Source of the DNA: Gaiellaceae bacterium | Lineage (GTDB): Bacteria > Actinomycetota > Thermoleophilia > Gaiellales > Gaiellaceae | Assembly (NCBI GenBank): GCA_035273885.1 | Contig: DATEOR010000007.1 | Location: 1 to 63,680, forward strand | Reading direction: 5' to 3' | DNA: 63,680 nucleotides | Shown here: piece after piece, positions 13,604-22,986 of the stretch | Layout: each line of letters starts with the position of its first letter | Numbering within the stretch: the first letter of the stretch is position 1 | Position numbers and translations under genes: made by a program | The notes under the pieces: generated by a model | The model's database searches: none | Told to the model about the DNA's origin: nothing | The model's input: only the letters and a program-made list of their open reading frames with translations

Positions 13604-14393
13604 GATTGAGCACGTCCACGGGTCCCGAACCGGCGCCGATCTCGTCGAGGCCGGCCCGCACGGCCTCGGAGGCGATTTTCGCGGCTCCGCGGGCGGCGTC
13701 CTCCAGGCTTTCCCCGCGCGCGAGCAGCGCGGCAAGGGAGGCGGAGTGCGTGCACCCGGCTCCGTGGGTCGCGCCCGACTCGTAGCGCTCGACGGGAATC
13801 GGGATGTGGCGCTCCCCGTCAAAGAGCCAGTCCACCGCTTCGTTCCCGTGGCCGCCCGTCACGATCACCGCCGAAGCTCCGAGCGCGTGGATCCTCTCGG
13901 CAAGCTCTTCGCGGTTCGCGTCGTCGGAATAGGGCACACCGGCGAGCGCGCAGGCCTCGTGGAGGTTCGGGGTAGTCACCGTCGCGAGCGGCAGGAGCCG
14001 TGCGACCAGAACTTCCACTGCATCCTGCTGCAAGAGTCTCGCGCCCGATGCCGCGATCATCACGGGATCGAGGACGAGCGGCACGGGCTCGGCGGCGAGA
14101 AACTCGGCAACGGTGTCGATGATCGCGCGCGAGAAGAGCATCCCCGTCTTCGCCGCGTCCACGCCGATGTCGCCGAAGATCACCTCGAGCTCGTCCCGGA
14201 TGAATTCCGGCGGCGCTTCGTGCACGGAACGAACCTCGACGGTGGACTGGGCCGTCAGCGCGACGATCGCGCTCATGCCGTGGCAGCCGAGCGCAGCGAA
14301 CGCCTTCAGGTCGGCCTGGATCCCGGCGCCTCCGCCGGAGTCCGAGCCCGCAATCGTGAGGCACCGGGGTACCACGGGCGATGAGGCTAGCAT
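13581..14393 (-). CDS. thiD: hydroxymethylpyrimidine/phosphomethylpyrimidine kinase
   Basis: LTIAGSDSGGGAGIQADLKAF N-terminal motif and the C-terminal GAGCTHSASLAA motif of ThiD. Confidence 0.9.
   Translation of the reverse strand: MLASSPVVPRCLTIAGSDSGGGAGIQADLKAFAALGCHGMSAIVALTAQSTVEVRSVHEAPPEFIRDELEVIFGDIGVDAAKTGMLFSRAIIDTVAEFLAAEPVPLVLDPVMIAASGARLLQQDAVEVLVARLLPLATVTTPNLHEACALAGVPYSDDANREELAERIHALGASAVIVTGGHGNEAVDWLFDGERHIPIPVERYESGATHGAGCTHSASLAALLARGESLEDAARGAAKIASEAVRAGLDEIGAGSGPVDVLNLAAVRSR
14388..14393 (+). promoter_or_regulatory. candidate -10 hexamer (TAGCAT) 7 nt upstream of the helicase ATG
   Basis: TANNNT-type hexamer, then a 7-nt spacer, then ATG at 14401. The hexamer contains the reverse complement of the thiD start codon. 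Confidence 0.3.
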
Positions 14394-14400
14394 CGGCTCT

Positions 14401-16647
14401 ATGGCGGTCGTGACCTGGGACGAGCTCCTTCAGGGCGAGGAGCTCGCCTATCGAACCGAGATCCCGGCCCAGCGGGCCGATGTCGTCCCGGTCCCGGATG
14501 GGCTGCACCCGCGCGTGCTCGACTCGCTCGCATCCCTCGGGCTCGACGGCCTGTACCGCCATCAGGCGGAAGCCTTCCTTGCCGCCGAGCGGGGGGAACA
14601 CCTCGTGGTCTCGACGGGAACCGCAAGCGGGAAGACGCTCGCCTTCAACCTGCCCGTCCTGAATGCGCTGGCGGAGGAGCCGAAGCTGCGCGCGCTCTAC
14701 CTCTATCCGACGAAGGCGCTGGCCCAGGACCAGGCCCGTGCGCTTGCGGCCTTCAAGCTTCCGCGTCTTCGCCCGGCGATCTACGACGGCGACACCGAGA
14801 CCGAACGCCGCTGGCAGATCCGCAAGTGGGCGAACGTCATCCTCACGAACCCGGACATGCTCCATGTCGGCGTGCTGCCGCACCACGACCGGTGGGGCGA
14901 CGTGCTCCAGAACCTCCGCTACGTGGTCGTGGACGAGGCGCACGTCTACCGGGGCGTCTTCGGCTCGCACGTCGCCAACGTCCTGCGCCGCCTGCGCCGC
15001 GCCGCGGCGATCTACGGGGCTGAGCCGCAGTTCCTGCTCGCGTCGGCCACGATCGCGAACCCCGGCGAGCTCGTCGAGTCACTGCTGGGCGTCGAGGCAA
15101 CCGTGATCGGAAAGGACGCGGCTCCGCATGCAGCACGGACGGTGGCCTTCTGGAACCCGCCGCTTCTCGACGATGAGCTCCAGCTCCGGGCCAGCCCGCT
15201 TGGGGAAGGCGCGAAGCTCCTCGCCGATCTCGTCGAGCGCGGCCAGAGGACGATTTGCTTCGCCAAGTCGCGCAAGGCCGCAGAGCTCATCCACCGCTTC
15301 GCGTCCGAGCGCGTAGGGCCCGAGCTGGCCGCCCGCCTCTCGCCCTATCGGGCGGGCTACACGCCGGCGCAGCGGAGAGACATCGAGCAGCGCCTCGTTG
15401 ACGGGGAGCTTCTCGGGGTGACCGCAACCGACGCACTCGAGCTCGGAATCGACATCGGCCTCCTCGACTGCGCCCTCTCCGTCGGCTTTCCCGGCACCGT
15501 CGCAAGCCTCCGCCAGCAATGGGGGCGCGCCGGGCGCAGAGCTCACGGTCTCGCGGTGCTCGTGGCGAGCGAGGACGCCCTCGACCAGTTCTTCATGCGC
15601 GAGCCGGAGACGCTGATGAACCGGCGCGTCGAAGCGGCGATCCTCGATCACTCGAACCCGCGCGTGCTCGACGGCCACGTGCTCTCGGCGGCCTTCGAGG
15701 CCCCGCTCGACGAGCGCGACGCGGTCTTTCTCGGCGACCAAGCCCTCACCCGCGCCGAGGCGCTCGCCGAGACAGGCGAGCTGAAGAAGACGAAGGCCGG
15801 TTACGTCTGGTCGGGGCGCGACTACCCCGCCGCCCGCTTCTCGCTCCGCTCGACCAGCCCGGAGTCCTACGCGGTCGTCGAGTCCGACTCGGGCTCCGTG
15901 CTCGGCCTCGTCGAGAGCGAGCGCGCGTACTCCACGGTTCACGACGGCGCGGTCTACCTGCACATGGGCGAGGCCTACCACGTGCTCGCGCTCGACCACG
16001 AGAGCCGCACCGCCCTCGTGGAGCCGTTCAGCGGCGACTTCTATACGCAGGCGAAGAAGGAGACGATGACGTCGATCGAGGACCCAGAGATCGTCGAGAC
16101 ACGGCTCGGGATGGAGGTGGCGTTCGGCCGCGTGAGCGTCACCGAGCAGGTGATCGGCTACCAGAAGAAGTCGATCCGCGACCAAGCCACCCTCGACCTC
16201 GTGCCCCTCCTCATGCCCGAGACCGCCTTCGAGACGGAGGCCGTCTGGTACCTGCCGGAGGAATGGATGCTCGACGGCGTGCACGAGATGCCGCGGCTCC
16301 TCGGGACACTCCACGCTGCCGAGCACTCGATGATCGCCCTCCTTCCCCTTTGGGCGATGTGCGACCGCTGGGACATCGGCGGTCTCTCGACCAACCTCCA
16401 CCACGACACCGGACGCCCAACGGTCTTCATCTACGACGGCCATGCGGGCGGCGTGGGCATCGCGCGCCGAGGGTTCGACCAGCTGGAGGGCTGGGTCGGC
16501 GACACCGCGGCGCTGCTCGGCGGATGCCCGTGCGAGAGCGGCTGCCCGTCCTGCGTCCAGTCGCCGAAGTGCGGAAACCTGAACGATTTCCTCGACAAGG
16601 CAGGTGCGCTTACGCTCCTCCAGCGCATGCTCAAGGGAGCCGCCTAG
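14401..16647 (+). CDS. mrfA: DEAD/DEAH-box helicase with C-terminal DUF1998 zinc module (MrfA/YprA-like DNA-repair helicase)
   Basis: Internal ATG at 14401 (MAVVTWDELL) of track ORF 14113..16647. Motif I STGTASGKT, motif II DEAH, and a C-terminal four-Cys cluster CPCESGCPSCVQSPKCGN typical of DUF1998. Confidence 0.85.
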   Translation: MAVVTWDELLQGEELAYRTEIPAQRADVVPVPDGLHPRVLDSLASLGLDGLYRHQAEAFLAAERGEHLVVSTGTASGKTLAFNLPVLNALAEEPKLRALYLYPTKALAQDQARALAAFKLPRLRPAIYDGDTETERRWQIRKWANVILTNPDMLHVGVLPHHDRWGDVLQNLRYVVVDEAHVYRGVFGSHVANVLRRLRRAAAIYGAEPQFLLASATIANPGELVESLLGVEATVIGKDAAPHAARTVAFWNPPLLDDELQLRASPLGEGAKLLADLVERGQRTICFAKSRKAAELIHRFASERVGPELAARLSPYRAGYTPAQRRDIEQRLVDGELLGVTATDALELGIDIGLLDCALSVGFPGTVASLRQQWGRAGRRAHGLAVLVASEDALDQFFMREPETLMNRRVEAAILDHSNPRVLDGHVLSAAFEAPLDERDAVFLGDQALTRAEALAETGELKKTKAGYVWSGRDYPAARFSLRSTSPESYAVVESDSGSVLGLVESERAYSTVHDGAVYLHMGEAYHVLALDHESRTALVEPFSGDFYTQAKKETMTSIEDPEIVETRLGMEVAFGRVSVTEQVIGYQKKSIRDQATLDLVPLLMPETAFETEAVWYLPEEWMLDGVHEMPRLLGTLHAAEHSMIALLPLWAMCDRWDIGGLSTNLHHDTGRPTVFIYDGHAGGVGIARRGFDQLEGWVGDTAALLGGCPCESGCPSCVQSPKCGNLNDFLDKAGALTLLQRMLKGAA

Positions 16648-17910
16648 ATGCAGCACCGCCACGCGAAAGGCGGAACCCTCGTACTCGGAGGCGGATTCGC
16701 GGGGAGCTACGTGGGCCGCCTCCTCGGCAAGGACGGCTGCACGATCGTCAGCCGCGAGAACTTCATGCTCTACACGCCCACGCTGCCGGAGGCCGCATCG
16801 GGCACCCTCGAGCCGCGTCACGTCGTCGTGCCGCTGCGGATGATGTGCCCGCACGCCGACCTCCTCCTCGGCGAGATCACCGAGTTGGACGAGGGCTCGA
16901 AGCAGGTCTCGATCGAAACCGAGGCCGGCGGCGTCCAGCTCGAGTACAAGAACCTCGTCGTCGCGCTGGGCGCCGTCGCGCGCACCCTCCCCATCCCGGG
17001 CCTCGCCGACTACGCGCTCGGCTTCAAAGACCTCGCCGACGCGATCGCGCTGCGAAACCACGTCCTGCGTCAGCTCGAGGCGGCCGACTCGGTGGTCGAC
17101 CCGGCCGTCGCCAGGCGCCATCTCACGTTCATCTTCGTCGGGGCGGGCTACGCGGGCGTCGAAGCGCTCGCGGAACTCGCCGACCTCGTTCGCGACGCGC
17201 TCCGCTACTACCCCCGCCTGCAGAAGATCGAGCAGCGCTGGGTGCTTGTCGACGCGGCGCCGAAGATCCTGCCGGAGATTCCGACTCGACTCGGCGACTA
17301 CGCGGCCCGCCAGCTCCTGAAGCGCGGAGTCGACATCCGCGTCGAGACCACGCTCGATTCGGTGGAGGAGCACGCCGCCACCCTCTCGGACGGCGAACGT
17401 ATCGAGACGGACACCCTCGTGTGGACGGCAGGCGTGCGGGCCACTCCTATCGTCGGCCGCTTCGGGCTCCCCCTCGACGAGAAGGGACGCGTGAAGGTCG
17501 GCCCGACGCTCTGCGTCGAGGGGCGAAAGAACGTCTGGTCCCTCGGAGACTGCGCGCGGGTGCCGAACCAGGCCACACCGGGCCAGTTCGACCCGCCCAC
17601 GTGCCAGCACGCGCTCCGCCAGGCACGCCGGCTGGCCAAGAACCTCCGCGGCGACCCGAAGCCGTACCGCTACCGCATGCTCGGGCAGGTGGCCACGCTC
17701 GGCCGTCACAAGGGGATCGCCGACGTCCTCGGCCTGCGTTTCCGCGGCTTCATCGGCTGGTTCATCACGCGGACGTACCACCTCTACCAGCTCCCGCTCG
17801 TCACCCGGAAGCTGCGCGTGGTCACCGACTGGACGGTCGGCCTCTTCTTCCGCCGCGACATCGCCGAGCTCTCGATGCTCGGCCACGCGGGCAGGCCCGG
17901 CGATGACTGA
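16648..17910 (+). CDS. ndh: type II NADH:quinone oxidoreductase (NDH-2) / FAD-dependent pyridine nucleotide-disulfide oxidoreductase
   Basis: Two Rossmann GxGxxG motifs (VLGGGFAGS, FVGAGYAGVE) and GDCA near the C-terminal third. ATG immediately follows the helicase TAG. Confidence 0.8.
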   Translation: MQHRHAKGGTLVLGGGFAGSYVGRLLGKDGCTIVSRENFMLYTPTLPEAASGTLEPRHVVVPLRMMCPHADLLLGEITELDEGSKQVSIETEAGGVQLEYKNLVVALGAVARTLPIPGLADYALGFKDLADAIALRNHVLRQLEAADSVVDPAVARRHLTFIFVGAGYAGVEALAELADLVRDALRYYPRLQKIEQRWVLVDAAPKILPEIPTRLGDYAARQLLKRGVDIRVETTLDSVEEHAATLSDGERIETDTLVWTAGVRATPIVGRFGLPLDEKGRVKVGPTLCVEGRKNVWSLGDCARVPNQATPGQFDPPTCQHALRQARRLAKNLRGDPKPYRYRMLGQVATLGRHKGIADVLGLRFRGFIGWFITRTYHLYQLPLVTRKLRVVTDWTVGLFFRRDIAELSMLGHAGRPGDD

Positions 17911-18664
17911 GCTCGAGCGGGCCGCGGCGTTCGAGGAGCGCATGCGCGACCGGTGCGTGGAGCGCGTCGTCGAGACCCCGTTCGGTCCCGCGCTGTTCAA
18001 CGACACGCACCCGACGATCTGGTTCGTGAACGTTCTCCGCGCGGACAGCCCCGGAGAGGCCACCGCCGAGGAGCTCGTGGCGGAGGCCGAGCGGGTGCAG
18101 GCGGAGCTCGGGCACCGCCGCGTCATCCTCCCCGTCGGCAGAACGGATCTGGTCGAAGGCTTCCGCGAGCTCGGCTGGGATCCCGACCACTTCCTCTTCA
18201 TGGCCTACCGCGGCAACGCCGAACCCGCCGACACCGCGCGCACGGAGGAAGTCGAGCCCCGGCAGATCGTCCCGCTGCGCGAGGCGATCATCCGCGAATG
18301 GCAGAAGGACGCGGGCGACAAGACCGTCTCCGACATCCTCGCGGCCGACATGCTGCAGGTGGAGGCGATCGCCCCGCGGATCTTCGGCATCGTCGAGGAC
18401 GGCGTCGTCGTCAGCTCGGCACAGCTCTACTCGAACGGACGCACCGCCCAGGTCGAGGAGGTCGCCACGCTGCCCGGCCACAGGGGCCGCGGCTACGCCA
18501 AGGCATCGGTCACGCGCGCGGTCGAGGAAGCCGTGGCAGGCAACCACGAGTTCATCTTCCTCGTCGCGGACGGAGACGGCTGGCCGAAGGAGCTCTACGC
18601 CCGGCTCGGCTTCGAGGAGCTCGGCTCCCGCTTCGCCTTCCTCAAGCGCTGCAAGCCCGCCTGA
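17903..18664 (+). CDS. GNAT-family N-acetyltransferase
   Basis: C-terminal acetyl-CoA binding motif VATLPGHRGRGYAKA and FLVADGDGWPKELYARLGF. 8-nt overlap (ATGACTGA) with ndh. Confidence 0.7.
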   Translation: MTELERAAAFEERMRDRCVERVVETPFGPALFNDTHPTIWFVNVLRADSPGEATAEELVAEAERVQAELGHRRVILPVGRTDLVEGFRELGWDPDHFLFMAYRGNAEPADTARTEEVEPRQIVPLREAIIREWQKDAGDKTVSDILAADMLQVEAIAPRIFGIVEDGVVVSSAQLYSNGRTAQVEEVATLPGHRGRGYAKASVTRAVEEAVAGNHEFIFLVADGDGWPKELYARLGFEELGSRFAFLKRCKPA

Positions 18665-20986
18665 TCAGCGCAGCTTGTCGAGGGCCTTGCCGATCGACTG
18701 CTTCCCGTGCAGAACCGGCTCGAACAGGTCGCCGTGCGTCTCGATGCGCGCCAGCGCCGCGTCCATCGTGAAGTCAAGCGGATCGAGCTTTTCGTTCACC
18801 TCGTCCCAGCGAAGCGGCGTCGAGACCGGCGCCCCTTCACGCGGCCGCACTGAGTAAACCGAAGCGATCGTCTTCCCCTCGCCGTTCTGATTCGCGTCGA
18901 TGAGGACGCCGCGCCGCTTGGACTTCGACCACTCGGTGGTCACGAGCCCGCGATGCGTCCGCTCGAGCGTCCTCGCGACGATCTCGGCGAGCTCCCTCGT
19001 ATCGGCGTAGGTATAGCGCCGCTGGATCGGGACGAGCACGTGCATCCCGTCGGAGCCGCTCGTCTTCGGCAGGCCTTCGAGGTCGAGCGCATCGAGCACC
19101 TCCTTGACGAGGAGCGCCACCTGTACGACCTCGGGGAAGCCGACGTCGGGCGAGGGATCGAGGTCGAAGAGGACGAAATCCGGCCGTTCGGGCTTGTCCA
19201 CGCGCGAGTACCAGACGTTCATGTCGATGCAGCCCATGTTCACCATCCAGAGCAGGGCGAGGTCGTCGTTCACGAGGGGGTAGGTGATCATCCGCTTCTG
19301 GCGCGACTCCCTCGAGGTCGCCCTGAACGTCCTCCGGTCGATCCATTCCGGCATGTGGGAGGGCGAGTCCTTCTGGAAGAAGAACTTGCCGTCGCGGCCG
19401 TCGGGATAGCGCTTCATCGTGAACGGCCGGTTCTTCAGGTGCGGGACGAGCGCCGGCGCGACGTCGCGGTAGTACGAGAGCAAGTCACCCTTCGTGAGCC
19501 CGCTCTCCGGGAAGAAGACCTTGTCGAGATTGGAGAGCTTCAGTGTCCGCTTCCCGCGCCGAATCTCCGTCTCGATGGGCAGCTCACGATGCACCTCTTC
19601 GGCCTCCTTGTCCTCGCGCAAGCCCTTGTAAGAGGGCGCGCGCAGCCGTTTGTCGTGTGTCCATTCCGCGAACTCGACCTCGCAGACGAGCTTCGGCTCG
19701 ACCCAGACGACGTCGTCGCGGCGCACCTTCGGCATCTTCGGGATCACGTCGAAGGGCGAGGTCTTCCGCTCGAGCGGTCGGAGCTTGCGGAGGAGCTTGT
19801 CGATCTCCTTCTCGGTGAACCCGGTGCCGACATTCCCCACGTACTCGAGACCGTTTCCCTCGTTGACGGCGAGGATCAGCGACCCCAGCCTCCCGGAGCG
19901 GCGCCCCTTCCCGCGCGTGTAGCCCGCGACGATGAACTCCTGCCGGCCGTGGGTCTTGATCTTCAGCCAGTTTCGCGACCTGCGGCCCGGCTCGTACCGT
20001 GAGCCGGCCTTCTTCGCGACGATGCCCTCGAGGTCTTGCTGCGCCGCAGCTTTCTGCAACCCCGGCCCGTCGTCGAACGCTTCCGAGAGCAGCACTGTTC
20101 GGTTACGGCGGTCGAGCAGGCCGGCAAGCTCCTCGCGCCTTTCCTCGAGCGGGCGGTCGACCACGGAGGTGCCGTCGACCTCCAGAACGTCGAAGACGTA
20201 GTAGACGATCGCGCCGTTTCCTTGCTGCATCTTGGAGAAGCTCGAGCGACCTTGTTCGTCGAGCGCGCACACCTCGCCGTCGAGCACGCAGTCCGGGGTC
20301 TTGACTGCGGACGAGAGCGCCCGCGCCACGTCCTCGAACCGCTCCGTGAGGTCGTTCCCGTTGCGGCTCACGAGCCGCGCCTCGCTTCCGCGCACGTACG
20401 CGAGCGCGCGGTAGCCGTCGAACTTGACCTCGAAGCTCCAGTCCTTCCCGGCCGGCACGTCCTCGGAGAGCGTCGCGAGCATCGGCGAGTACTCCTTCTG
20501 CTTGCCGCGGGCCTTCGGCGAGGCGTCGTCGCGCTTGCGGATCAGGAGCCAGTTCTTCTCCTCGCCGGAGAGACGTGCAGGCACCAGCGTCCACACGCCC
20601 TGCAGGCGCTCGCCGTCGAGACGGACGGTCAGGCCGCCGTCCCGCTTCTCCTCGAGGAGCTCGTAGGTGCCCGAGTCCCAGACCTCCACCGTCCCCGCGC
20701 CGTACTGCCCCTTGGGGATCTCGCCCTCGAAGCCGGCGTAGTCCAGCGGGTGGTCCTCGACGTGGACGGCGAGGTGGCGCTGGCCGGTCTCGAGCGGCAC
20801 GCCTTTGGGCACCGCCCAGGAGAGCAGGACGCCGTCACGCTCGAGGCGGAAGTCGTAGTGGAGCCGGCGCGCATCGTGGCGCTGGACGACGAAAACCGGC
20901 GCCTTCTTGCGGCCCTTGCGACCGCTGAACGGCTCCGGCGTCTTCTTCCGGTCGCGCTTGCGTTCGTAGTCTCGGAGACTCGCCAT
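18665..20986 (-). CDS. ligD: multidomain ATP-dependent DNA ligase LigD (phosphoesterase-ligase-polymerase order)
   Basis: N-terminal 3'-phosphoesterase (FVVQRHDARRLHYDFRLE), central ligase with adenylation motif EVKFDGYR, C-terminal AEP polymerase/primase domain (FDLDP, TSGSDGMHV). Start taken at ATG 20986 (MASLRDYERKRD...). Confidence 0.9.
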   Translation of the reverse strand: MASLRDYERKRDRKKTPEPFSGRKGRKKAPVFVVQRHDARRLHYDFRLERDGVLLSWAVPKGVPLETGQRHLAVHVEDHPLDYAGFEGEIPKGQYGAGTVEVWDSGTYELLEEKRDGGLTVRLDGERLQGVWTLVPARLSGEEKNWLLIRKRDDASPKARGKQKEYSPMLATLSEDVPAGKDWSFEVKFDGYRALAYVRGSEARLVSRNGNDLTERFEDVARALSSAVKTPDCVLDGEVCALDEQGRSSFSKMQQGNGAIVYYVFDVLEVDGTSVVDRPLEERREELAGLLDRRNRTVLLSEAFDDGPGLQKAAAQQDLEGIVAKKAGSRYEPGRRSRNWLKIKTHGRQEFIVAGYTRGKGRRSGRLGSLILAVNEGNGLEYVGNVGTGFTEKEIDKLLRKLRPLERKTSPFDVIPKMPKVRRDDVVWVEPKLVCEVEFAEWTHDKRLRAPSYKGLREDKEAEEVHRELPIETEIRRGKRTLKLSNLDKVFFPESGLTKGDLLSYYRDVAPALVPHLKNRPFTMKRYPDGRDGKFFFQKDSPSHMPEWIDRRTFRATSRESRQKRMITYPLVNDDLALLWMVNMGCIDMNVWYSRVDKPERPDFVLFDLDPSPDVGFPEVVQVALLVKEVLDALDLEGLPKTSGSDGMHVLVPIQRRYTYADTRELAEIVARTLERTHRGLVTTEWSKSKRRGVLIDANQNGEGKTIASVYSVRPREGAPVSTPLRWDEVNEKLDPLDFTMDAALARIETHGDLFEPVLHGKQSIGKALDKLR

Positions 20987-21075
20987 CGGCGAATGTTTAT
21001 CCGGCTCGACCCAGGGTAGAACGTCGTCGCGAGAGGATCCTTTGCGACTTCTCTGCCGACCAGGGGGGGTTGGCA

Positions 21076-21103
21076 CTCAAGGCCGGTGCAAACCGGCCTT
21101 GAG
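21076..21103 (-). terminator. perfect 11-bp hairpin downstream of accA (terminator candidate, no U-tract)
   Basis: CTCAAGGCCGG-TGCAAA-CCGGCCTTGAG. Lies 75 nt after the accA stop and upstream of the ligD start, with no T-run following on the minus strand. Confidence 0.4.
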
Positions 21104-21177
21104 GCCTTGTGCAAAGGTTCCGGTTTGGGCGGGGAAAACCCTGTGGATGCTGTGGGAAACAGGGTGGAAACCCCGTT

Positions 21178-22131
21178 TCACTCAAGGAAAACGCCCATCC
21201 GGCGAAATTTTTCGCTCCGCTCGCGCCTTCGAGCCTCCGAATCCCGCTTTTTGACCTCGTCGAGGGCCATTCCGAGCGCCTCGCCGAGGAGCACGGCGGC
21301 GGCGTCGGGATTCTCGTGCGCACCGCCCGGCGGCTCCGGAACGACCCCGTCGACGACGCCCAGCTCGAGGCAGTGGAGGGCGTCCGGCTTGAACGCGGCG
21401 GCCGCCTTCTTCGCCTCTCCGGCGTCGCGCCAGAGGATCGCAGCGCAACCCTCGGGCGAGATGACCGAGTAGATCGCGTTTTCCTGCATGAGGACGCGGT
21501 CGGCAACCGCGATCGCGACCGCGCCTCCCGAACCGCCCTCACCGATGATGCACGACACGGTCGGAACGCCGAGCCTGAGCATGAGGAGCTGCGAACGCGC
21601 GATCCAGCCACCCTGGCCGTGCTGCTCTGCGACGACGCCCGGATAGGCGCCGGGAGTGTCGACGAGCGTGAAGACGGGGAAGCGATGCCGGTCGGCGAGC
21701 TCCATGACGCGCATCGCCTTGCGGTAGCCCTCGGGGTACGTCATCCCGAAGTTCCTGTGGGTGCGCTCGCGGATGTCACGGCCCTTCTGATGTCCGACCA
21801 GCGCAACGGTCTCCCCCTTGAAGCGGCCGATGCCGGTCACGAGCGCCGCGTCGTCCGCGAAAGAGCGGTCGCCGTGCAGCTCGATGAAGTCGTCGAAGAT
21901 CCGCTCGACGTAGTCGAGGGTGTACGGGCGGTCCTGGTGCCGCGCGAGCTCGACCGCGCGCCAGACGTCGTCCGCGCTCGGCTCCTCCGCAATGCGGTCG
22001 ATCTGGTGCTGGAGCCGGGCCATCTCGCCCGAGACGCCCACCCCGCGCAATAGCGGGAGCTCCCGGAGCCTCGCGAGTCGGTCGCGGAGCCTGAGCTGCT
22101 CGACCGTCCCTTCCGAGCTTTCAGTCGCCAT
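21178..22131 (-). CDS. accA: acetyl-CoA carboxylase carboxyltransferase alpha subunit
   Basis: Internal ATG at 22131 (MATESSEGTVEQLRL...). Conserved VALVGHQKGRD, TPGAYPG, GEGGSGGA motifs. 11-nt overlap with accD. Confidence 0.9.
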   Translation of the reverse strand: MATESSEGTVEQLRLRDRLARLRELPLLRGVGVSGEMARLQHQIDRIAEEPSADDVWRAVELARHQDRPYTLDYVERIFDDFIELHGDRSFADDAALVTGIGRFKGETVALVGHQKGRDIRERTHRNFGMTYPEGYRKAMRVMELADRHRFPVFTLVDTPGAYPGVVAEQHGQGGWIARSQLLMLRLGVPTVSCIIGEGGSGGAVAIAVADRVLMQENAIYSVISPEGCAAILWRDAGEAKKAAAAFKPDALHCLELGVVDGVVPEPPGGAHENPDAAAVLLGEALGMALDEVKKRDSEARRRERSEKFRRMGVFLE

Positions 22132-22963
22132 TCGCGAAGAGGGCGAGGACCCTGCCCAGGTAGGGCCTGAGCTCGGGCCGCGGGACGATCGCGTCGACGT
22201 GGCCGAAGCGGGCGTTCGACTCGGCGAGGCCGAAGTCTTCGGGCAGCTTCTCCCGCGTCGTCTGCTGGACGACGCGCGGGCCCGTGAAGGCGAGGAGCGC
22301 ACCGGGCTCGGCCACCGTCACGTCGCCGAGGCTCGCGAAGCTCGCGAGCACTCCCGCCGTCGTCGGGTGCGTCATCACGGAGATGAACGCCGCCGGCTTC
22401 CGATGGAGGAGGTCGACGGCCGCGACGGTCTTCGGGAGCTGCATGAGCGAGAGGATCCCTTCCTGCATGCGCGCACCGCCGGAGGCGGTCACGCAGACGA
22501 GGGGCACGTCACGTTCGGCAGCGCGCTCACACGCTCGCGCGAACTTCTCACCGACGGCGCTCCCCATCGACCCGCCCATGAAGGCGAAGTCCATGACCGC
22601 GAGCTCGCAAGGCCTGCGCTCGATGCTGGCCGCGCCGGCGATGAGCGCATCTCCGAGTCCCGTGGCCACCTCGGCCTCGGCGATCCGCTCCGTGTACGCA
22701 CGCAGGTCGAAGAAGCCGAGGGGGTCCGCCGAGCGCAGATCCTTGTCCTGCTCCTCGAAGGTGCCGCGGTCCGCGAGCTGCTCGACCCGGCGCCGCGCGC
22801 GCAGGGGGAAGTGGTGCCCGCAGTGGGGGCAGACCCAAAGGTTCTCGTCGAGCTCCTCGTCCCGGTAGTGCGAGTGGCAGCTCGGGCAGGTGTTCGGGTG
22901 CTTCCCGGGCTTCTCCGGCTCCGGCCCGCGGTGCTCGATGGAAACGTCGATCCGGCTGGCCAT
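22121..22963 (-). CDS. accD: acetyl-CoA carboxylase carboxyltransferase beta subunit
   Basis: N-terminal zinc finger CPSCHSH...CPHCGHH, followed by the carboxyltransferase core (FAFMGGSMG, SGGARMQEG). Confidence 0.9.
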   Translation of the reverse strand: MASRIDVSIEHRGPEPEKPGKHPNTCPSCHSHYRDEELDENLWVCPHCGHHFPLRARRRVEQLADRGTFEEQDKDLRSADPLGFFDLRAYTERIAEAEVATGLGDALIAGAASIERRPCELAVMDFAFMGGSMGSAVGEKFARACERAAERDVPLVCVTASGGARMQEGILSLMQLPKTVAAVDLLHRKPAAFISVMTHPTTAGVLASFASLGDVTVAEPGALLAFTGPRVVQQTTREKLPEDFGLAESNARFGHVDAIVPRPELRPYLGRVLALFANGD

Positions 22964-22986
22964 GAGCGGCCTATCTTAGAGGTCTC

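Noticed and set aside
14394-14400. A TPP riboswitch upstream of thiD-thiL, and a SAM or cobalamin riboswitch upstream of the SBP/PLP-enzyme cluster
   Set aside because: The upstream spacers are only 7 nt and 12 nt, so there is no room for a riboswitch aptamer.
14401-16647. The helicase with a DUF1998 module as part of a phage-defence system (DISARM/Druantia-like)
   Set aside because: The fused DEAH-helicase/DUF1998 architecture and size match the housekeeping MrfA/YprA repair helicase. No methyltransferase, PLD nuclease or other defence partners are adjacent; the neighbours are thiD and ndh.
16645-16650. The TAGATG junction between the helicase and ndh, and the TGATG junctions (MscS/PBP1A, LDT/chorismate mutase), as special signals
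   Set aside because: These are ordinary tight coupling junctions with canonical start codons. They are informative only as background for the CTG-junction observations.
15079-18201. Very long antisense ORFs in the track (1040 aa at 15079..18201; also 29798..32443, 35959..38580, 38510..41101, 9823..11769, 14113..14400 and many others)
   Set aside because: Each lies opposite, or out of frame to, a gene with clear family motifs. Their translations are Arg/Asp/Glu/Pro-rich low-complexity sequence with no recognisable domains. Such shadow ORFs are expected in high-GC DNA, where stop codons are rare.
21104-21177. GGAAAC-containing short repeats (GGGGAAAACCCTGTGG...GGGAAACAGGGTGGAAACCCC) between accA and ligD as a regulatory RNA or repeat element
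   Set aside because: The repeats are short and imperfect, and the structure is weak (a 6-bp CCCTGT/ACAGGG stem). They cannot be distinguished from chance without comparative data. Only the neighbouring perfect 11-bp hairpin is reported as a feature.
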